A DNA stretch of 64,000 bases from Bacteroidota bacterium. GTDB lineage: Bacteria; Bacteroidota; Ignavibacteria; UBA10030; SZUA-254. A program made the translations under genes and the position numbers. How positions within the stretch are numbered: position 1 is the first letter of the stretch; every line of letters starts with the position of its first letter. The notes beneath the pieces are model-generated. The model did no database searches, was not told where the DNA came from, and saw only the letters and a list, made by a program, of their open reading frames with translations. Positions 21,590 to 32,541 of the stretch are shown here, piece by piece. The stretch lies in assembly GCA_044449065.1 (NCBI GenBank), contig JBIOHP010000002.1, forward strand, positions 117,462-181,461. Direction: 5' to 3'.

Positions 21590-23446
21590 TTATCCTTTCC
21601 ATGCGATGACGGCGTAGTCCTGCGGTCCGTAAAAATGATCGTTGAACCGGTTGGACGTTTCCGTGTTCTCCGAAAGGCGCTGCGCAATATCAACCGGATG
21701 CAGTTTGAGTATCTCCACGTTGGAGAACCCTCGCGCTTCCGCCATAAATTTTACCATTTCGGACGGCAGGGGATTGCGGTGTGTGGGATCCATATAGAAC
21801 ATATTGCTCCCCACGATGACATTTTCCGGATTCGGCGTTTCAAAGATCATGACGCCACCCGGTTTTAAGACACGGAGAGCTTCGTCAAAAACTTTGATCC
21901 ACACCGCGAAGGGCAGATGTTCTATAATATGGAATCCCGTGAGCGCCCCCAAACTTTCGTCTTTAATTTGCGTCAGATAGGCGAGGATATCGCCCTGTTC
22001 CGCTTTTAAACCGAGAACGCGGCAATGCTCTACCATTGCGCCGCTGAGATCAAGCCCGAACGCTACCAATCCTTCGTCTTTCAGAACTTCCAGCCATTCG
22101 CCTCTTCCGCATCCGACATCGAGGATGGGTTGTTTTCCCGAACCGGCGCCCGCCTTCCGCACCATCGGAAGGTAAATTTTCACACGGTCTTTGATCTCGT
22201 GCCGCGAGCCGCGGTATTTATTTTCAAACGCGAGATACAATTCTTCGTTCATGGCGTCAAGCTCATGGGCAAGCACCTCAAGCTGATCCTGGTTAAAGGG
22301 ATGCGGCAATCGCCGGCGGGCTTCATCTAAAATCACCGATAACCGCCGCTCATGACCAACCATCATCGTCATCAATTTTGTGAGATGTTCCTGAAGATGA
22401 GTAACTTCCGGTCGTAAGCCCGATACCGTCTCATCCAATTTGATATTGCGATCAATGATGCTGCCCTGAGCATCTCTCACCGCGTCGAGACGACGTTCCA
22501 TATTCGATAAAACGTCAACCCTTCCTGTTAACCCGTTTATTCTCTGCTCAAACGACGTTAACCCCCCGATATTGCTTCGTATGTCGTTCACGGTACGCTC
22601 AAGCCGCCATACCGTTTCAAATTGTTCGTGAATTTGCCTGAGCTGGATATTGACAGAATTCAGATTGTCCGAATGCACTTTGACGTCGGTTCCCTGAAGC
22701 GATAATCGGTCGAAGACCGTTCTGGTTTCTTCCTCTAATTTAGATCGTAAGTTTGAGATTTTCTCATTCTGTTCCCTGAGGATTTGCTCGAGATGGGGAA
22801 TAATTTCCACACGATTTTGAACGTACGAGATATGTCTTTCCAAATCAGGAATGGAATTGAGTTTATGTGTGTTTTCACGAATTTGCCGGTCGATGCGATC
22901 TTCGATGGATGGCAGCGCCCGCAATGCTTCTGTGAGATCCTTCATGTCCGCGCGAACGGACGCGAGTTCTGATTCGAAGCCGCGCATGTCGTCCAACCGT
23001 GAACGCAGGAGTATCAGGTTATCCTGCAACGGATGCAAGCTTTCATTTAGACGGTGCATCACTTCCAGTATGGACGTATTAAACGCCTGCTGCGGTTTGG
23101 TGACGACCTGGGCGAAGTACAGAAATATCTTTCCAAAGATAGTCGCCATGCCCCGTACAATTCCGCTTTTGTAATGATTCATTTCGGGTTTTGTACTCCA
23201 GACATATTTGCGGCGCTCTGCTTCTGCAACGCGGGATGTAATCTTATCCCAATCGATGAGCGCGATTTCAGGAGTTGGACGGGGAGTTATTCCCCCCGAT
23301 GCCTGGGGAAAGGGCGGGCGTGCGTCCTTTACATCGGTTGATTTCGCGGGTAATTTCGATCCGTTATCCCCTAATTTTGCTCGTAACCGATTCATGATTT
23401 GTTCGATATCGATATCCTGAGCGGGGTCTTTCATGCTCGTACTCAT
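21590..23446 (-). CDS. Coiled-coil protein with a C-terminal SAM-dependent methyltransferase domain (candidate O-polysaccharide chain terminator / molecular ruler, WbdD-like but with reversed domain order)
   Basis: 618 aa. Residues about 130-400 are long heptad-rich helices (LRSRLDDMRGFESELASVRADMKDLTEALRAL...). C-terminus has ILDVGCGRGEWL methyltransferase motif I, acidic motif II (GLDLS) and motif post-I. Confidence 0.6.
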   Translation of the reverse strand: MSTSMKDPAQDIDIEQIMNRLRAKLGDNGSKLPAKSTDVKDARPPFPQASGGITPRPTPEIALIDWDKITSRVAEAERRKYVWSTKPEMNHYKSGIVRGMATIFGKIFLYFAQVVTKPQQAFNTSILEVMHRLNESLHPLQDNLILLRSRLDDMRGFESELASVRADMKDLTEALRALPSIEDRIDRQIRENTHKLNSIPDLERHISYVQNRVEIIPHLEQILREQNEKISNLRSKLEEETRTVFDRLSLQGTDVKVHSDNLNSVNIQLRQIHEQFETVWRLERTVNDIRSNIGGLTSFEQRINGLTGRVDVLSNMERRLDAVRDAQGSIIDRNIKLDETVSGLRPEVTHLQEHLTKLMTMMVGHERRLSVILDEARRRLPHPFNQDQLEVLAHELDAMNEELYLAFENKYRGSRHEIKDRVKIYLPMVRKAGAGSGKQPILDVGCGRGEWLEVLKDEGLVAFGLDLSGAMVEHCRVLGLKAEQGDILAYLTQIKDESLGALTGFHIIEHLPFAVWIKVFDEALRVLKPGGVMIFETPNPENVIVGSNMFYMDPTHRNPLPSEMVKFMAEARGFSNVEILKLHPVDIAQRLSENTETSNRFNDHFYGPQDYAVIAWKG

Positions 23447-23702
23447 TGTCGTCTTCCTTTGAGTGTAATTATTGGCTTGCTTGGCTGATTTGAGTTCCGA
23501 TCCATTTAATGACGAATTGAATTATTGAGAATCGTTCAATGTCAGAAACTAATGTACGTATTTATAAATTTTTAATCAATAAATATGATAATTCTCTTTT
23601 GGAGGGATTTTTGACTGATTTTCAACAATAATACTGAAGGTTTTATGAAATGCGTTTGAGCCACTCTAATGGGTAAGATTTAAAATGGTCAAAAATAGCA
23701 AT

Positions 23703-24407
23703 TTACGTTTCGTTCCCGGAGGGAATTAATCCTTCGATTATCAAAACGAACTCGCCGCGTATGGTATGCGTTGAAAAATGCATTATCATCTCTGAAATTT
23801 TGCCCCGCCTGATTTCTTCAAATTTCTTGGTTAATTCCCGCGCAACCGCAATCTGGCGATCCCCGAAATGATCTTTCAAATCGCTCAACGTCCTCAGCAG
23901 CCGGTGCGGAGATTCATACAAAACGATTGTTCGTTCCTCCATGCAGAGAATTTCCAGTTTAGTCTTCCTCCCTTTTTTCACAGGGAGAAACCCTTCAAAC
24001 ACAAATCTCTCGATAGACAACCCGCTCGTTATTAACGCCGGAAGAAATGCCGCAGCGCCGGGGATGGAAGTAACCGGAATCAGTTCATCGAGCGCTGCAC
24101 GAATGATCGAGTAAGCCGGATCGGAAATGCCGGGAGTCCCGGCGTCGGTCACCAGCGCAATGGAAAGTCCGGATTTGAGCTTTTCGATTAATTCCGGAAC
24201 ACGGCGAATCTCGTTGTAACTATAAAAACTGAGAAGGGGTTTTTTGATCTGATAGTGTTTGAGAAGAACGCCGGTCGTGCGGGTATCCTCAGCGGCGATA
24301 AGATCGACATGAGAAAGAATATGCACTGCGCGGTATGATAGATCGTCAAGATTACCAATCGGCGTACTAACAATATACAACGTACCCGGTGAAATTTCTT
24401 CAGGCAT
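23703..24407 (-). CDS. rsmI: 16S rRNA (cytidine1402-2'-O)-methyltransferase
   Basis: GTLYIVSTPIGNLDDLSYRA...LIAAEDTR tetrapyrrole-methylase-fold motifs typical of RsmI. Confidence 0.85.
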   Translation of the reverse strand: MPEEISPGTLYIVSTPIGNLDDLSYRAVHILSHVDLIAAEDTRTTGVLLKHYQIKKPLLSFYSYNEIRRVPELIEKLKSGLSIALVTDAGTPGISDPAYSIIRAALDELIPVTSIPGAAAFLPALITSGLSIERFVFEGFLPVKKGRKTKLEILCMEERTIVLYESPHRLLRTLSDLKDHFGDRQIAVARELTKKFEEIRRGKISEMIMHFSTHTIRGEFVLIIEGLIPSGNET

Positions 24408-24422
24408 GCCTGTGATAAGTTC

Positions 24423-25265
24423 TCAGAGACCCCAATCGCGGGGGTACCGGTAATCGATATTGATGGTGCGGTGGGATATTTTAGCAATGAGGGGCGGACG
24501 ACGTTTGAATTGATTCTGCTGCACCAATCGCTGCACTTTTTGAATGAACGATTTTTCAAAACCCATTGCCGCAAGTTCCTGTTCGTTGCGGCGCTCGTCA
24601 ATCATCTGGTAGAACAACTGATCGACTTCTTTGTAGGTAAATCCGAATTCACCTTCGTCGGTCTGCCCGGTCCATAAATCTGCGCTTGGTTTTTTATCGA
24701 CGATAGCTTTCGGAACACTTATCGCTTCCGCAAGCTGCCATACCTGTGTTTTGTATAAATCGCCGATAGGATTAATCGCGCACGCAAGGTCTCCGAAGAG
24801 CGTTCCGTATCCGAGCAGTAATTCCGATTTATTAGAGGTGCCGAGGACGAGAGCGTTTTCACGAGCGGAAATATCATAGAGCACAATCATTCTCTCCCTC
24901 GCCATGACGTTGCCCTTCCGTTTCGCATCCATGGCAGGATCCCCCTCAATAAAGGGATCAACCATTGGCGTAATATCGACCGAAATGAAAGGTAAACCGA
25001 GTTTCTTCAGAATGAGGTGCGCATCGGATAAGCTTGCAGGATTGCTTGTTTTATAGGGAAGAGTTACTGCCGTGACATTTTCCTTTCCCAGCGCTTCAAC
25101 TGCAAGGAACGCAACCAGCGCAGAATCGACTCCGCCGGATAGTCCTATCACGACTTTCCCAAATCCCGCATTTTTTACTTCATCCCGAATGAATTCTACA
25201 AGAATTTTTCGAACGATAGGGGTATGCAGGTTCAAAGAATCGGTTGCTTTCGATGATATTTCCAT
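24423..25265 (-). CDS. nadE: NH3-dependent NAD+ synthetase
   Basis: [14 protein letters not shown]-loop (SGGxDS) and overall NadE pattern. Confidence 0.85.
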   Translation of the reverse strand: MEISSKATDSLNLHTPIVRKILVEFIRDEVKNAGFGKVVIGLSGGVDSALVAFLAVEALGKENVTAVTLPYKTSNPASLSDAHLILKKLGLPFISVDITPMVDPFIEGDPAMDAKRKGNVMARERMIVLYDISARENALVLGTSNKSELLLGYGTLFGDLACAINPIGDLYKTQVWQLAEAISVPKAIVDKKPSADLWTGQTDEGEFGFTYKEVDQLFYQMIDERRNEQELAAMGFEKSFIQKVQRLVQQNQFKRRPPLIAKISHRTINIDYRYPRDWGL

Positions 25266-25382
25266 AGTATGTGAAGATACGGAAAATGGACATTGAACAC
25301 AATTATAAAAAGTTTAGAGGATATTTGTGATATAAATTTCACTTTGATAATCCATTGCTCTTTTCCTATATTATTAATCCAT

Positions 25383-26231
25383 ATGAAACAACAATCAACC
25401 CAGACAAATCCCATAGGCGTCTTCGATTCCGGTATAGGCGGACTGACGGTTGTACAGGCGCTCATGAAGCGGTTCCCCAACGAGAACATTGTCTACTTCG
25501 GCGATACAGCGCGCGTACCGTACGGACCAAAATCGCCCCAGGTGATCCGGGAATATGCCGCTCAGGACACCGAGTTTCTTGTGAGCAAAAGCGTTAAAAT
25601 GATCGTTGTCGCATGTAATACGGTCTCATCAGTTGCCCTCGATGTTGTGATGAAGCACGCGCGTGTTCCTGTCGTCGGGGTAATACTTCCCGGCGCAAAA
25701 GCCGCTGTGGCAGCGACAAAAAAAAACCGCGTTGGCATCATAGGAACAGCCGGAACAATTGCCAGCGACGCCTATGCATACAACATTCACCAATTTAAGA
25801 AATCGATTGAAGTTATCAGCAAAGCATGCCCGTTGTTCGTTCCGCTTGTCGAAGAGGGATGGCTTACGCATAGCGCCACCGAGATGATAGCGAAAGAATA
25901 TCTTTTTCCTCTTAAATTAGCTAAGATTGATACTCTTGTCCTTGGATGCACGCATTACCCGCTTTTGAAAGGCATCATCGGAAAAATCTTCGAAAATGAA
26001 ATAACGCTGATCGATTCCGGCGAAGCGACATCCGAAGAAGTCTCAAACGTCCTTGACCAACAACAACTACACAATCCGAGTTCTGTTCGCGGTAATGTTG
26101 AATTTTTCGTGAGCGATATCCCTTCTAAATTTTCCGAAATCGGTGAACGGTTTTTAGGGAAAAAATTAGGAAAAGTGAGAGTTGTGAGCGTACCGGGAAC
26201 GAAAATTCCTGCAATCGGTTATAGAACTTGA
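25383..26231 (+). CDS. murI: Glutamate racemase
   Basis: IGVFDSGIGGLTV and GCTHYP motifs. The start is placed at MKQQS (25383) rather than the ORF-track ATG at 25293, whose extension overlaps nadE and has no similarity. Confidence 0.8.
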   Translation: MKQQSTQTNPIGVFDSGIGGLTVVQALMKRFPNENIVYFGDTARVPYGPKSPQVIREYAAQDTEFLVSKSVKMIVVACNTVSSVALDVVMKHARVPVVGVILPGAKAAVAATKKNRVGIIGTAGTIASDAYAYNIHQFKKSIEVISKACPLFVPLVEEGWLTHSATEMIAKEYLFPLKLAKIDTLVLGCTHYPLLKGIIGKIFENEITLIDSGEATSEEVSNVLDQQQLHNPSSVRGNVEFFVSDIPSKFSEIGERFLGKKLGKVRVVSVPGTKIPAIGYRT

Positions 26232-26250
26232 ATTACGAAATGAATTTTTT

Positions 26251-26778
26251 ATGGCAATAAAAGAGATACTACTGCTTGGCAATCCCCTTCTACGAAAAAA
26301 ATGCGACCGGGTTAAGAAGATAGCCGATGTATCGAACCAGGAAACGATTCTGGATTTACAAGACACGCTGAATCATTTTCGCCGCAATCATGGGTTTGGC
26401 AGGGGAATCGCAGCTCCGCAGATAGGTGTTCTAAAACGAATAATTTTCATCAATATCGATGAATCGATTGCGCTTATCAATCCAAAAATTATCGCTCATT
26501 CAAAAACCAAGATGACGCTATGGGACGATTGTTTTTCATTTCCCGATATTCTTGCTAAAGTGAAAAGGTATTCGAAAGTAACTTTAACATATACTACTTC
26601 CGAAGGGGCCAAAAAACGCGTCCACGCTGAAGGAGGTTTTTCCGAGCTGCTGCAGCACGAGATCGATCATCTTGACGGCATCCTTGCCATCGACCGGGCG
26701 ATCGATTCCCGGCACATCATCTTGAGAAGCGAATATGAGAAGTTGATCCCAACGAAAAAAGATATCCAGATGTTGTAA
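26251..26778 (+). CDS. def: Peptide deformylase
   Basis: GxGxAAPQ (GRGIAAPQIG), C-containing motif (DDCFSFPD) and HEIDHLDG metal-binding motif. Confidence 0.9.
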   Translation: MAIKEILLLGNPLLRKKCDRVKKIADVSNQETILDLQDTLNHFRRNHGFGRGIAAPQIGVLKRIIFINIDESIALINPKIIAHSKTKMTLWDDCFSFPDILAKVKRYSKVTLTYTTSEGAKKRVHAEGGFSELLQHEIDHLDGILAIDRAIDSRHIILRSEYEKLIPTKKDIQML

Positions 26779-26797
26779 TTGTTGAAAGGAAACTCCA

Positions 26798-27073
26798 ATG
26801 CCTCTATTATCAAATCAGCAGATTACCTCGGAACTCCAATCGCTTAAAGGTTGGACATTAAAAGGGAAAGAAATCACAAAAACGTTTGATAAAAAAGATT
26901 TCATCCGGGCTATCGGTTTCGTAAATTCAGTCGCATTGTATGCGGAAAAATTCAATCATCATCCGGATATTGATATTCGCTGGAATACGGTCACGCTCGC
27001 GCTTTCCACCCATAGCGAAGGCGGATTAACGGAAAAAGATTTCAAGCTCGCGAGAGAAATCGAAACATTATAA
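26798..27073 (+). CDS. Pterin-4a-carbinolamine dehydratase (PhhB/PCD)
   Basis: 91 aa. EKFNHHPDIDIRWNTVTLALSTH matches the PCD signature. Confidence 0.8.
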   Translation: MPLLSNQQITSELQSLKGWTLKGKEITKTFDKKDFIRAIGFVNSVALYAEKFNHHPDIDIRWNTVTLALSTHSEGGLTEKDFKLAREIETL

Positions 27074-27175
27074 TTTCAATTAATTGTATCATCCATTTTA
27101 ATCCGACGGGACGCCCGCAGGGCAATATCGGAGGGTGGAATTGGCTTCACCATACTCGAATCAATTAAAACTACA

Positions 27176-27787
27176 ATGACAAACGATGAACTACTGATAA
27201 TATTCAAAAAATCCGGGGCGCTACTTGAGGGCCATTTTCAACTTACATCCGGACTCCATAGTCGCCAATACTTTCAATGCGCAAAAGTGCTTCAATATCC
27301 GGAATATGCCACAACTATTTGCGGCATGATCGCCAAACACTTTCAAAGTTCGCGGATCAATATCGTTATCGCTCCGGCACTGGGAGGAATCATCGTTGCC
27401 CAGGAAGTCGGAAGAATTTTGAACTCACTAGCTACCAACAATGCCGATCAATTGAGAATTCTCTTTACTGAACGAAAAGATAATCTCATGCAGCTCCGGA
27501 GAGGATTTGAAATTCACCCGGGTGAGCGCGTGCTAGTATGCGAGGATGTTATCACCACGGGCGGTTCCGTTTCGGAGGTTATTGAGATCGTCCGCCGTGA
27601 AGGCGGCGAGGTTGCAGGCGTCGGGTCTATTGTTGATCGAAGCGGTGGAAAAGTTAATTTCAATAATACGCTCTTTGCAGCGATGTCTATGCAGGTGGTA
27701 ACATACAAACCGGAGGATTGTCCCCTTTGCGCGAAAGGAGTCCCTGTTGAAAAACCGGGGAGCCGCGGGAATGCTCCTAAATCGTAA
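27176..27787 (+). CDS. pyrE: Orotate phosphoribosyltransferase
   Basis: LLEGHFQLTSGLHSRQYF N-terminus and PRPP-binding motif VLVCEDVITTGGS. Confidence 0.85.
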   Translation: MTNDELLIIFKKSGALLEGHFQLTSGLHSRQYFQCAKVLQYPEYATTICGMIAKHFQSSRINIVIAPALGGIIVAQEVGRILNSLATNNADQLRILFTERKDNLMQLRRGFEIHPGERVLVCEDVITTGGSVSEVIEIVRREGGEVAGVGSIVDRSGGKVNFNNTLFAAMSMQVVTYKPEDCPLCAKGVPVEKPGSRGNAPKS

Positions 27788-27925
27788 TGTTCACTTCCAT
27801 GCCGACTATTTTTAATATATTTATTATCAAGACCTCACTTGGTGAGGAGCTTTACACAAAATTCGGAAGCGCCAATATCCATTTTGCTGTTCCGCGCCAG
27901 ATTAACTATATGGTAAAAGAATCCC

Positions 27926-28480
27926 GTGAATTTTAAACTCTTGAATAGGAAGATTGTTTACGAAGGAGAGGTGTTCGGCACAATCGTAGATAACATTGAA
28001 TATCCATCCGGAAACATCGGTATTCGTGAAGTAGCGCGCCATCCCGGGGGCAGCGTCATACTGGCAGTTTTTCCTGAACAAACAATATTGATGATCCGGC
28101 AGCATCGTTACCCGATTGATAAATTAATATGGGAACTGCCCGCAGGAAAATTAGAACCAGGCGAAACTCCGCTGCAATGCGCTAAACGTGAATTAGAAGA
28201 AGAAACCGGTTATACTGCTACTCATTTGGAACCGCTCATTTCTATTTATACTACTCCGGGATTCTGCAACGAAATTCTCCACTTGTATATCGCACAAAAT
28301 CTTACACAGCTCCAAGAAGGAAGAAGATTGGAGGAAGGCGAGCAATCTATTACGGTTCATATAATGCCGTTTGCAGAAGTAAAATCCATGATTCTTGCGG
28401 GTGAAATCCATGACGCAAAAACCATATGCGCTATTTTAATCGCTGAAGAAAGAGTAAAACAACTTCCGAACCAATTATAG
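27926..28480 (+). CDS. NUDIX hydrolase (ADP-ribose pyrophosphatase-like)
   Basis: Nudix box GKLEPGETPLQCAKRELEEETGY. Confidence 0.8.
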   Translation: MNFKLLNRKIVYEGEVFGTIVDNIEYPSGNIGIREVARHPGGSVILAVFPEQTILMIRQHRYPIDKLIWELPAGKLEPGETPLQCAKRELEEETGYTATHLEPLISIYTTPGFCNEILHLYIAQNLTQLQEGRRLEEGEQSITVHIMPFAEVKSMILAGEIHDAKTICAILIAEERVKQLPNQL

Positions 28481-28735
28481 CATAAAATCACCGTGCCAAC
28501 AGATAGGTATTTTTTTGTAATTAATACAACAATATCCCATTCTTCAAATCGACTGAATTACTTCAACAATCGATACAAAACGGTTGGCAAAGCATCATAC
28601 GATGCATTGGTATCGCTAATATCTTCTAAAGATATTCTCTGCAACTAATTGGAACTTGCCGTTGTTTTGTATTTTAGATAATATATTTCTATTTTAATTT
28701 GTTGTTATACGTTCCGGAGAAAGTATACAAATACT

Positions 28736-28885
28736 ATGGCGACAGAAACAACCCAACCCGCACCCGTAAAAGATCATAAAGAATTAAAAGAAAAAATTGG
28801 GATGATTTTAACATGGATCATTTTTGGCGGTTCGTTCCTCTTTGTTCTGGGGCGGTTGCTAATGGAAATCGCTACCGGCAGGTAA
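28736..28885 (+). CDS. Small hypothetical membrane protein (49 aa), not in the ORF track
   Basis: ATG preceded by GGAGAAAG about 13 nt upstream. MATETTQPAPVKDHKELKEKIGMILTWIIFGGSFLFVLGRLLMEIATGR has a single predicted TM helix. It lies in an otherwise empty 580-bp gap. Confidence 0.3.
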   Translation: MATETTQPAPVKDHKELKEKIGMILTWIIFGGSFLFVLGRLLMEIATGR

Positions 28886-29061
28886 ATTCCCGCATTCCCA
28901 ACAGCATCAGGGAAATCTTAATCGGCGTGCGATCAACATTCTAACCAATGATTGATATACACATTTGTTACACAGTGCGATATTGGCTGAACAACCAGCG
29001 TCGACATGCTTATTATGATTCGATTTAATAATTACATGGACATGATATTTCCAAGGATCAG

Positions 29062-31740
29062 ATGAATTCAAAAAATCTTCATATTCTTCTTCTCGAAGAT
29101 AATCAGACGGACGCCGAGTTTATCGAGAGAGAGTTGAGGAGGGGGAGTATCCATGCCCAGGTGCTTCGGGTAAACACGAAGAATACATTCATCAAAGCAT
29201 TGGATGATTTTAAACCCGATCTCATCCTTGCAGATTACAATTTGCCTGCCTTCGATGGATTAAGCGCGCTGAAAGTATCCAAACAACGCTCGCCGGATGT
29301 TCCGTTCATTATTGTTTCGGGTTTCCTCGGAGAAGAACTTGCAGTAGATATCGTCAAGAATGGCGCAACCGATTACATCCTCAAAGACCGGTTATCGCGG
29401 CTCGTTCCCTCGGTCACGAGAGCAATTAAAGAAAGTGATGAACGTTCGCAGCGAAAACGCGTTGAAGAACAATTGCGGCAAAGCGAGGAACAGTACCGCC
29501 TCCTTTTTGAAGGCAATCCTGAACCTATGTGGGTATACGACCTCGATACATACCATTTTCTCGCGGTGAACGAATCTGCGGTAAAACATTATGGATTCAC
29601 CTATACCGAATTTCTATCAATGACAATTATGGATATTCATCCGGAATCCGAGATAGCATTATTCAAAAATTATCATGAGAAAATCATTAAAACATCGTTG
29701 AGCCGCGGGATCGGGCGGGCGGGATTGTGGCGGCATAAGAAGAAAGATAACTCCGGACTATTCGTAGAAATCACATGGAATTCCATCCCCTTCATGGGCA
29801 AGCAGGGCGTCCTGGTTCTTGCGAATGATGTGACGGAAAGAAAAATTGCCGAAGACGCTCTCCAGGAGAGCGAACGGAAACTTCGTCAAATTATCGATCT
29901 TGTTCCGCATTTCATTTTTGTGAAGAGCAGCGACGGGCATTACCTTTTGGTCAATAAGGCGGTTGCCGACGCCTACGGAACGACAATATCAGACTTGCTC
30001 AACAAAACCGATTTCGATTTCAACCTGTCGCATTCGGAAGCATCGAAATGGCGGGAAGACGACCTTCTTGTTATAAACAACAAAGAAACACGCTACATTG
30101 AGGAACAACCATTCACCGACTTCAACGGCAATAAGCGTATTCTTTATTCGATCAAAATACCGTTTACGATTACCGGCTCCTCCACTCCCGCCGTGCTCGG
30201 GATGGCAATCGATATCACGGAACAGAAGAAATCCGAAGAAAAAATACTTGAGCAAGCCGCATTGCTCGATATCGCTACAGACGCCATTATTGTGAGCGAT
30301 ACGAATGATACGATCCTGTTTTGGAATACAGGCGCCGAAACTATGTATGGATGGAAAAAGGAAGAAGCGCTGGGGCAGCATGTCTCCGATCTCCTTTTTA
30401 AACACAACAGCGCGCAATTCGAGGAAGCAAAAACTGCCATCCTCAAAGATCAAAAATGGAGCGGTGAAATCCACCAGATCACCAAATCGGAAAAGAACAT
30501 CATCGTCCAAAGCCGGTGGACTGTTGTCTATGGAGAAAACGGAAAAATAAAATCATTCCTTATCCTCAACACCGATATCACTGAGAAGAAAAAATTTGAA
30601 GCGCAATTCCTCCGGGCGCAGCGCATGGAAAGCATCGGGACGCTTGCCAGCGGCATTGCTCACGATCTGAATAATGTACTCGCGCCCATTCTTCTGACGA
30701 TGCAAAATCTGAAGAAAAGATTACCGGACGAACGAACCCAACGGCTCTTAAACACGATCGAGGTGAGCACGCAGCGCGGCGCCGATATGGTTCAACAGGT
30801 CCTTACCTTCACGCGGGGTGTGGACGGGGAAAAGATCATGCTTCAACCCGCTCATCTTATCCAGGAGATCGAAAAAATTGTCCGTGAAACATTCTCCAGA
30901 ACAATCCGGATCCAGGTCAGGTTGGTGAAAGATCTTTGGATGCTCCAGGCTGACGCAACCCAGCTTCATCAGGTAATGATGAATCTTTGCGTCAATGCAC
31001 GGGATGCGATGCCTTCCGGCGGAACATTACTGGTTGAAGCGGACAATGTGACCCTTGATGAGGCATTTGCCCGCATGCACGTTGACGCGAAACCCGGACC
31101 GTATGTCAATATCACTGTCTCGGATAACGGGATCGGTATCGACCCCGAAGTGATCGATAAAATCTTCGAACCATTCTTCACCACAAAAGAAATCGGCAAG
31201 GGAACCGGGCTCGGACTATCGACAGTGCTTGCCATTGTGAAAAGTCACAAGGGATTCATCAATGTTTATAGCGAAGTGGGAAAAGGCACTAAATTCAAAG
31301 TGTACCTGCCTGCTATTATTTCCCCCGCAACACGCGAAGCAACTACCCGAAAGCATGTTGAACTCCCGGCAGGCAAAGGTGAAACTGTTCTTGTTGTGGA
31401 TGATGAAACATCCATCTGTGAAATCACCAAAGAAACTCTCGAAAATTACGGTTACAAGGCGATGATCGCGAACGACGGAAATGAGGCAATTGCGCTCTTT
31501 ACCCAACATAAAAATAAAATTGGCGCTGTTCTTACCGATATGATGATGCCGAACATGGACGGTCCCTCGACAATCAAAGCGTTACGGAAAATCAACCCCC
31601 GGATAAAAATAATCGCTGCAAGCGGATTGATCACCCAGGATAAACTTTCTGAACCATCGGTGACTGGAGTGCAGGCATTTCTACAGAAACCATACACTAC
31701 CGAGAAGTTACTAACAACACTCCGGGATGTGTTGAAGTAA
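29062..31740 (+). CDS. Hybrid sensor histidine kinase: N-terminal receiver, multiple PAS domains, HisKA, HATPase_c, C-terminal receiver
   Basis: Receiver ([12 protein letters not shown]...[13 protein letters not shown]), H-box [10 protein letters not shown]-box DNGIGID...GTGLGLS, C-terminal receiver (VLVVDDE...[11 protein letters not shown]). Confidence 0.85.
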   Translation: MNSKNLHILLLEDNQTDAEFIERELRRGSIHAQVLRVNTKNTFIKALDDFKPDLILADYNLPAFDGLSALKVSKQRSPDVPFIIVSGFLGEELAVDIVKNGATDYILKDRLSRLVPSVTRAIKESDERSQRKRVEEQLRQSEEQYRLLFEGNPEPMWVYDLDTYHFLAVNESAVKHYGFTYTEFLSMTIMDIHPESEIALFKNYHEKIIKTSLSRGIGRAGLWRHKKKDNSGLFVEITWNSIPFMGKQGVLVLANDVTERKIAEDALQESERKLRQIIDLVPHFIFVKSSDGHYLLVNKAVADAYGTTISDLLNKTDFDFNLSHSEASKWREDDLLVINNKETRYIEEQPFTDFNGNKRILYSIKIPFTITGSSTPAVLGMAIDITEQKKSEEKILEQAALLDIATDAIIVSDTNDTILFWNTGAETMYGWKKEEALGQHVSDLLFKHNSAQFEEAKTAILKDQKWSGEIHQITKSEKNIIVQSRWTVVYGENGKIKSFLILNTDITEKKKFEAQFLRAQRMESIGTLASGIAHDLNNVLAPILLTMQNLKKRLPDERTQRLLNTIEVSTQRGADMVQQVLTFTRGVDGEKIMLQPAHLIQEIEKIVRETFSRTIRIQVRLVKDLWMLQADATQLHQVMMNLCVNARDAMPSGGTLLVEADNVTLDEAFARMHVDAKPGPYVNITVSDNGIGIDPEVIDKIFEPFFTTKEIGKGTGLGLSTVLAIVKSHKGFINVYSEVGKGTKFKVYLPAIISPATREATTRKHVELPAGKGETVLVVDDETSICEITKETLENYGYKAMIANDGNEAIALFTQHKNKIGAVLTDMMMPNMDGPSTIKALRKINPRIKIIAASGLITQDKLSEPSVTGVQAFLQKPYTTEKLLTTLRDVLK

Positions 31741-32541
31741 TCAGATGCTGTTCCTTCCCAGCGCTTCTATCATCTGATTGTGCACTAAACCATTGCTGGC
31801 AAGAATTTCATGTTCGTAGATACTCGCCTTCTGCCCCGCAAAACCTGTCACTTTTCCGCCTGCCTCCTGAACCAGTAAAATTCCCGCAGCCATGTCCCAC
31901 GGTTGAAGGTTAACCTCCCAGAATCCTTCGTATCTTCCTGCAGCAACATATGCCAAATCGATTGCCGCCGACCCCATCCTGCGGACCGCCTGTGAGATAT
32001 GGAGAAAATCAACAAACCTTTCTATGGCGTGACTGGGATTATCGCGAATATTATACGGAAAACCCGTTACTAACATACTTTTTTTCAATTCGGAAACCTT
32101 TGATACCGAGAGTTTTTCCCCGTTCAGATACGCCCCTTTCCCCTTTTCGGCAATAAATAAATCGTTGAAGTTTGGATCGTAGATAACACCGATGGTAATT
32201 TCGCCCTTCACCTCCAAACCGATGGAAACAGAGAAAACGGGAAACCCATGCGTATAATTTGTGGTGCCATCAAGCGGATCGATGACCCATTTATAGTCCG
32301 GCGAATTTCCCCCGATTCCTATCCCCTCCTCACCGAGGATCCTGTGCGATGGAAAATGCTCATGAAGAATATCGATAATAATTTTTTCGGATTTTTTATC
32401 GATTTCGGTCACGAGATTTTTTTCCTGGCCGAATTTCTCTTCAATCGTTTTCACCTTTCCCAAATTCTCTTTCAGGAATTGTCCGGCGTTTTTCGCTGCG
32501 CGTACCGCAACATCAAGCATGGGGTTTGGTATCTGATTCAT
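31741..32541 (-). CDS. suhB: Inositol monophosphatase family protein (SuhB-like)
   Basis: WVIDPLDGTTNY and GFPVFSVSIGL IMPase motifs. The start is placed at MNQIPNP (32541) rather than the longer ORF-track start at 32625. Confidence 0.8.
   Translation of the reverse strand: MNQIPNPMLDVAVRAAKNAGQFLKENLGKVKTIEEKFGQEKNLVTEIDKKSEKIIIDILHEHFPSHRILGEEGIGIGGNSPDYKWVIDPLDGTTNYTHGFPVFSVSIGLEVKGEITIGVIYDPNFNDLFIAEKGKGAYLNGEKLSVSKVSELKKSMLVTGFPYNIRDNPSHAIERFVDFLHISQAVRRMGSAAIDLAYVAAGRYEGFWEVNLQPWDMAAGILLVQEAGGKVTGFAGQKASIYEHEILASNGLVHNQMIEALGRNSI

Noticed and set aside
25293-25382. N-terminal extension of murI from the ORF-track start
   Set aside because: The extension ([30 protein letters not shown]) overlaps the nadE/murI divergent region and has no similarity to MurI. 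The internal ATG at 25383 gives a canonical MurI N-terminus.
29989-30510. 173-aa minus-strand ORF inside the hybrid histidine kinase gene
   Set aside because: It is antisense to a well-supported 892-aa gene. Spurious.
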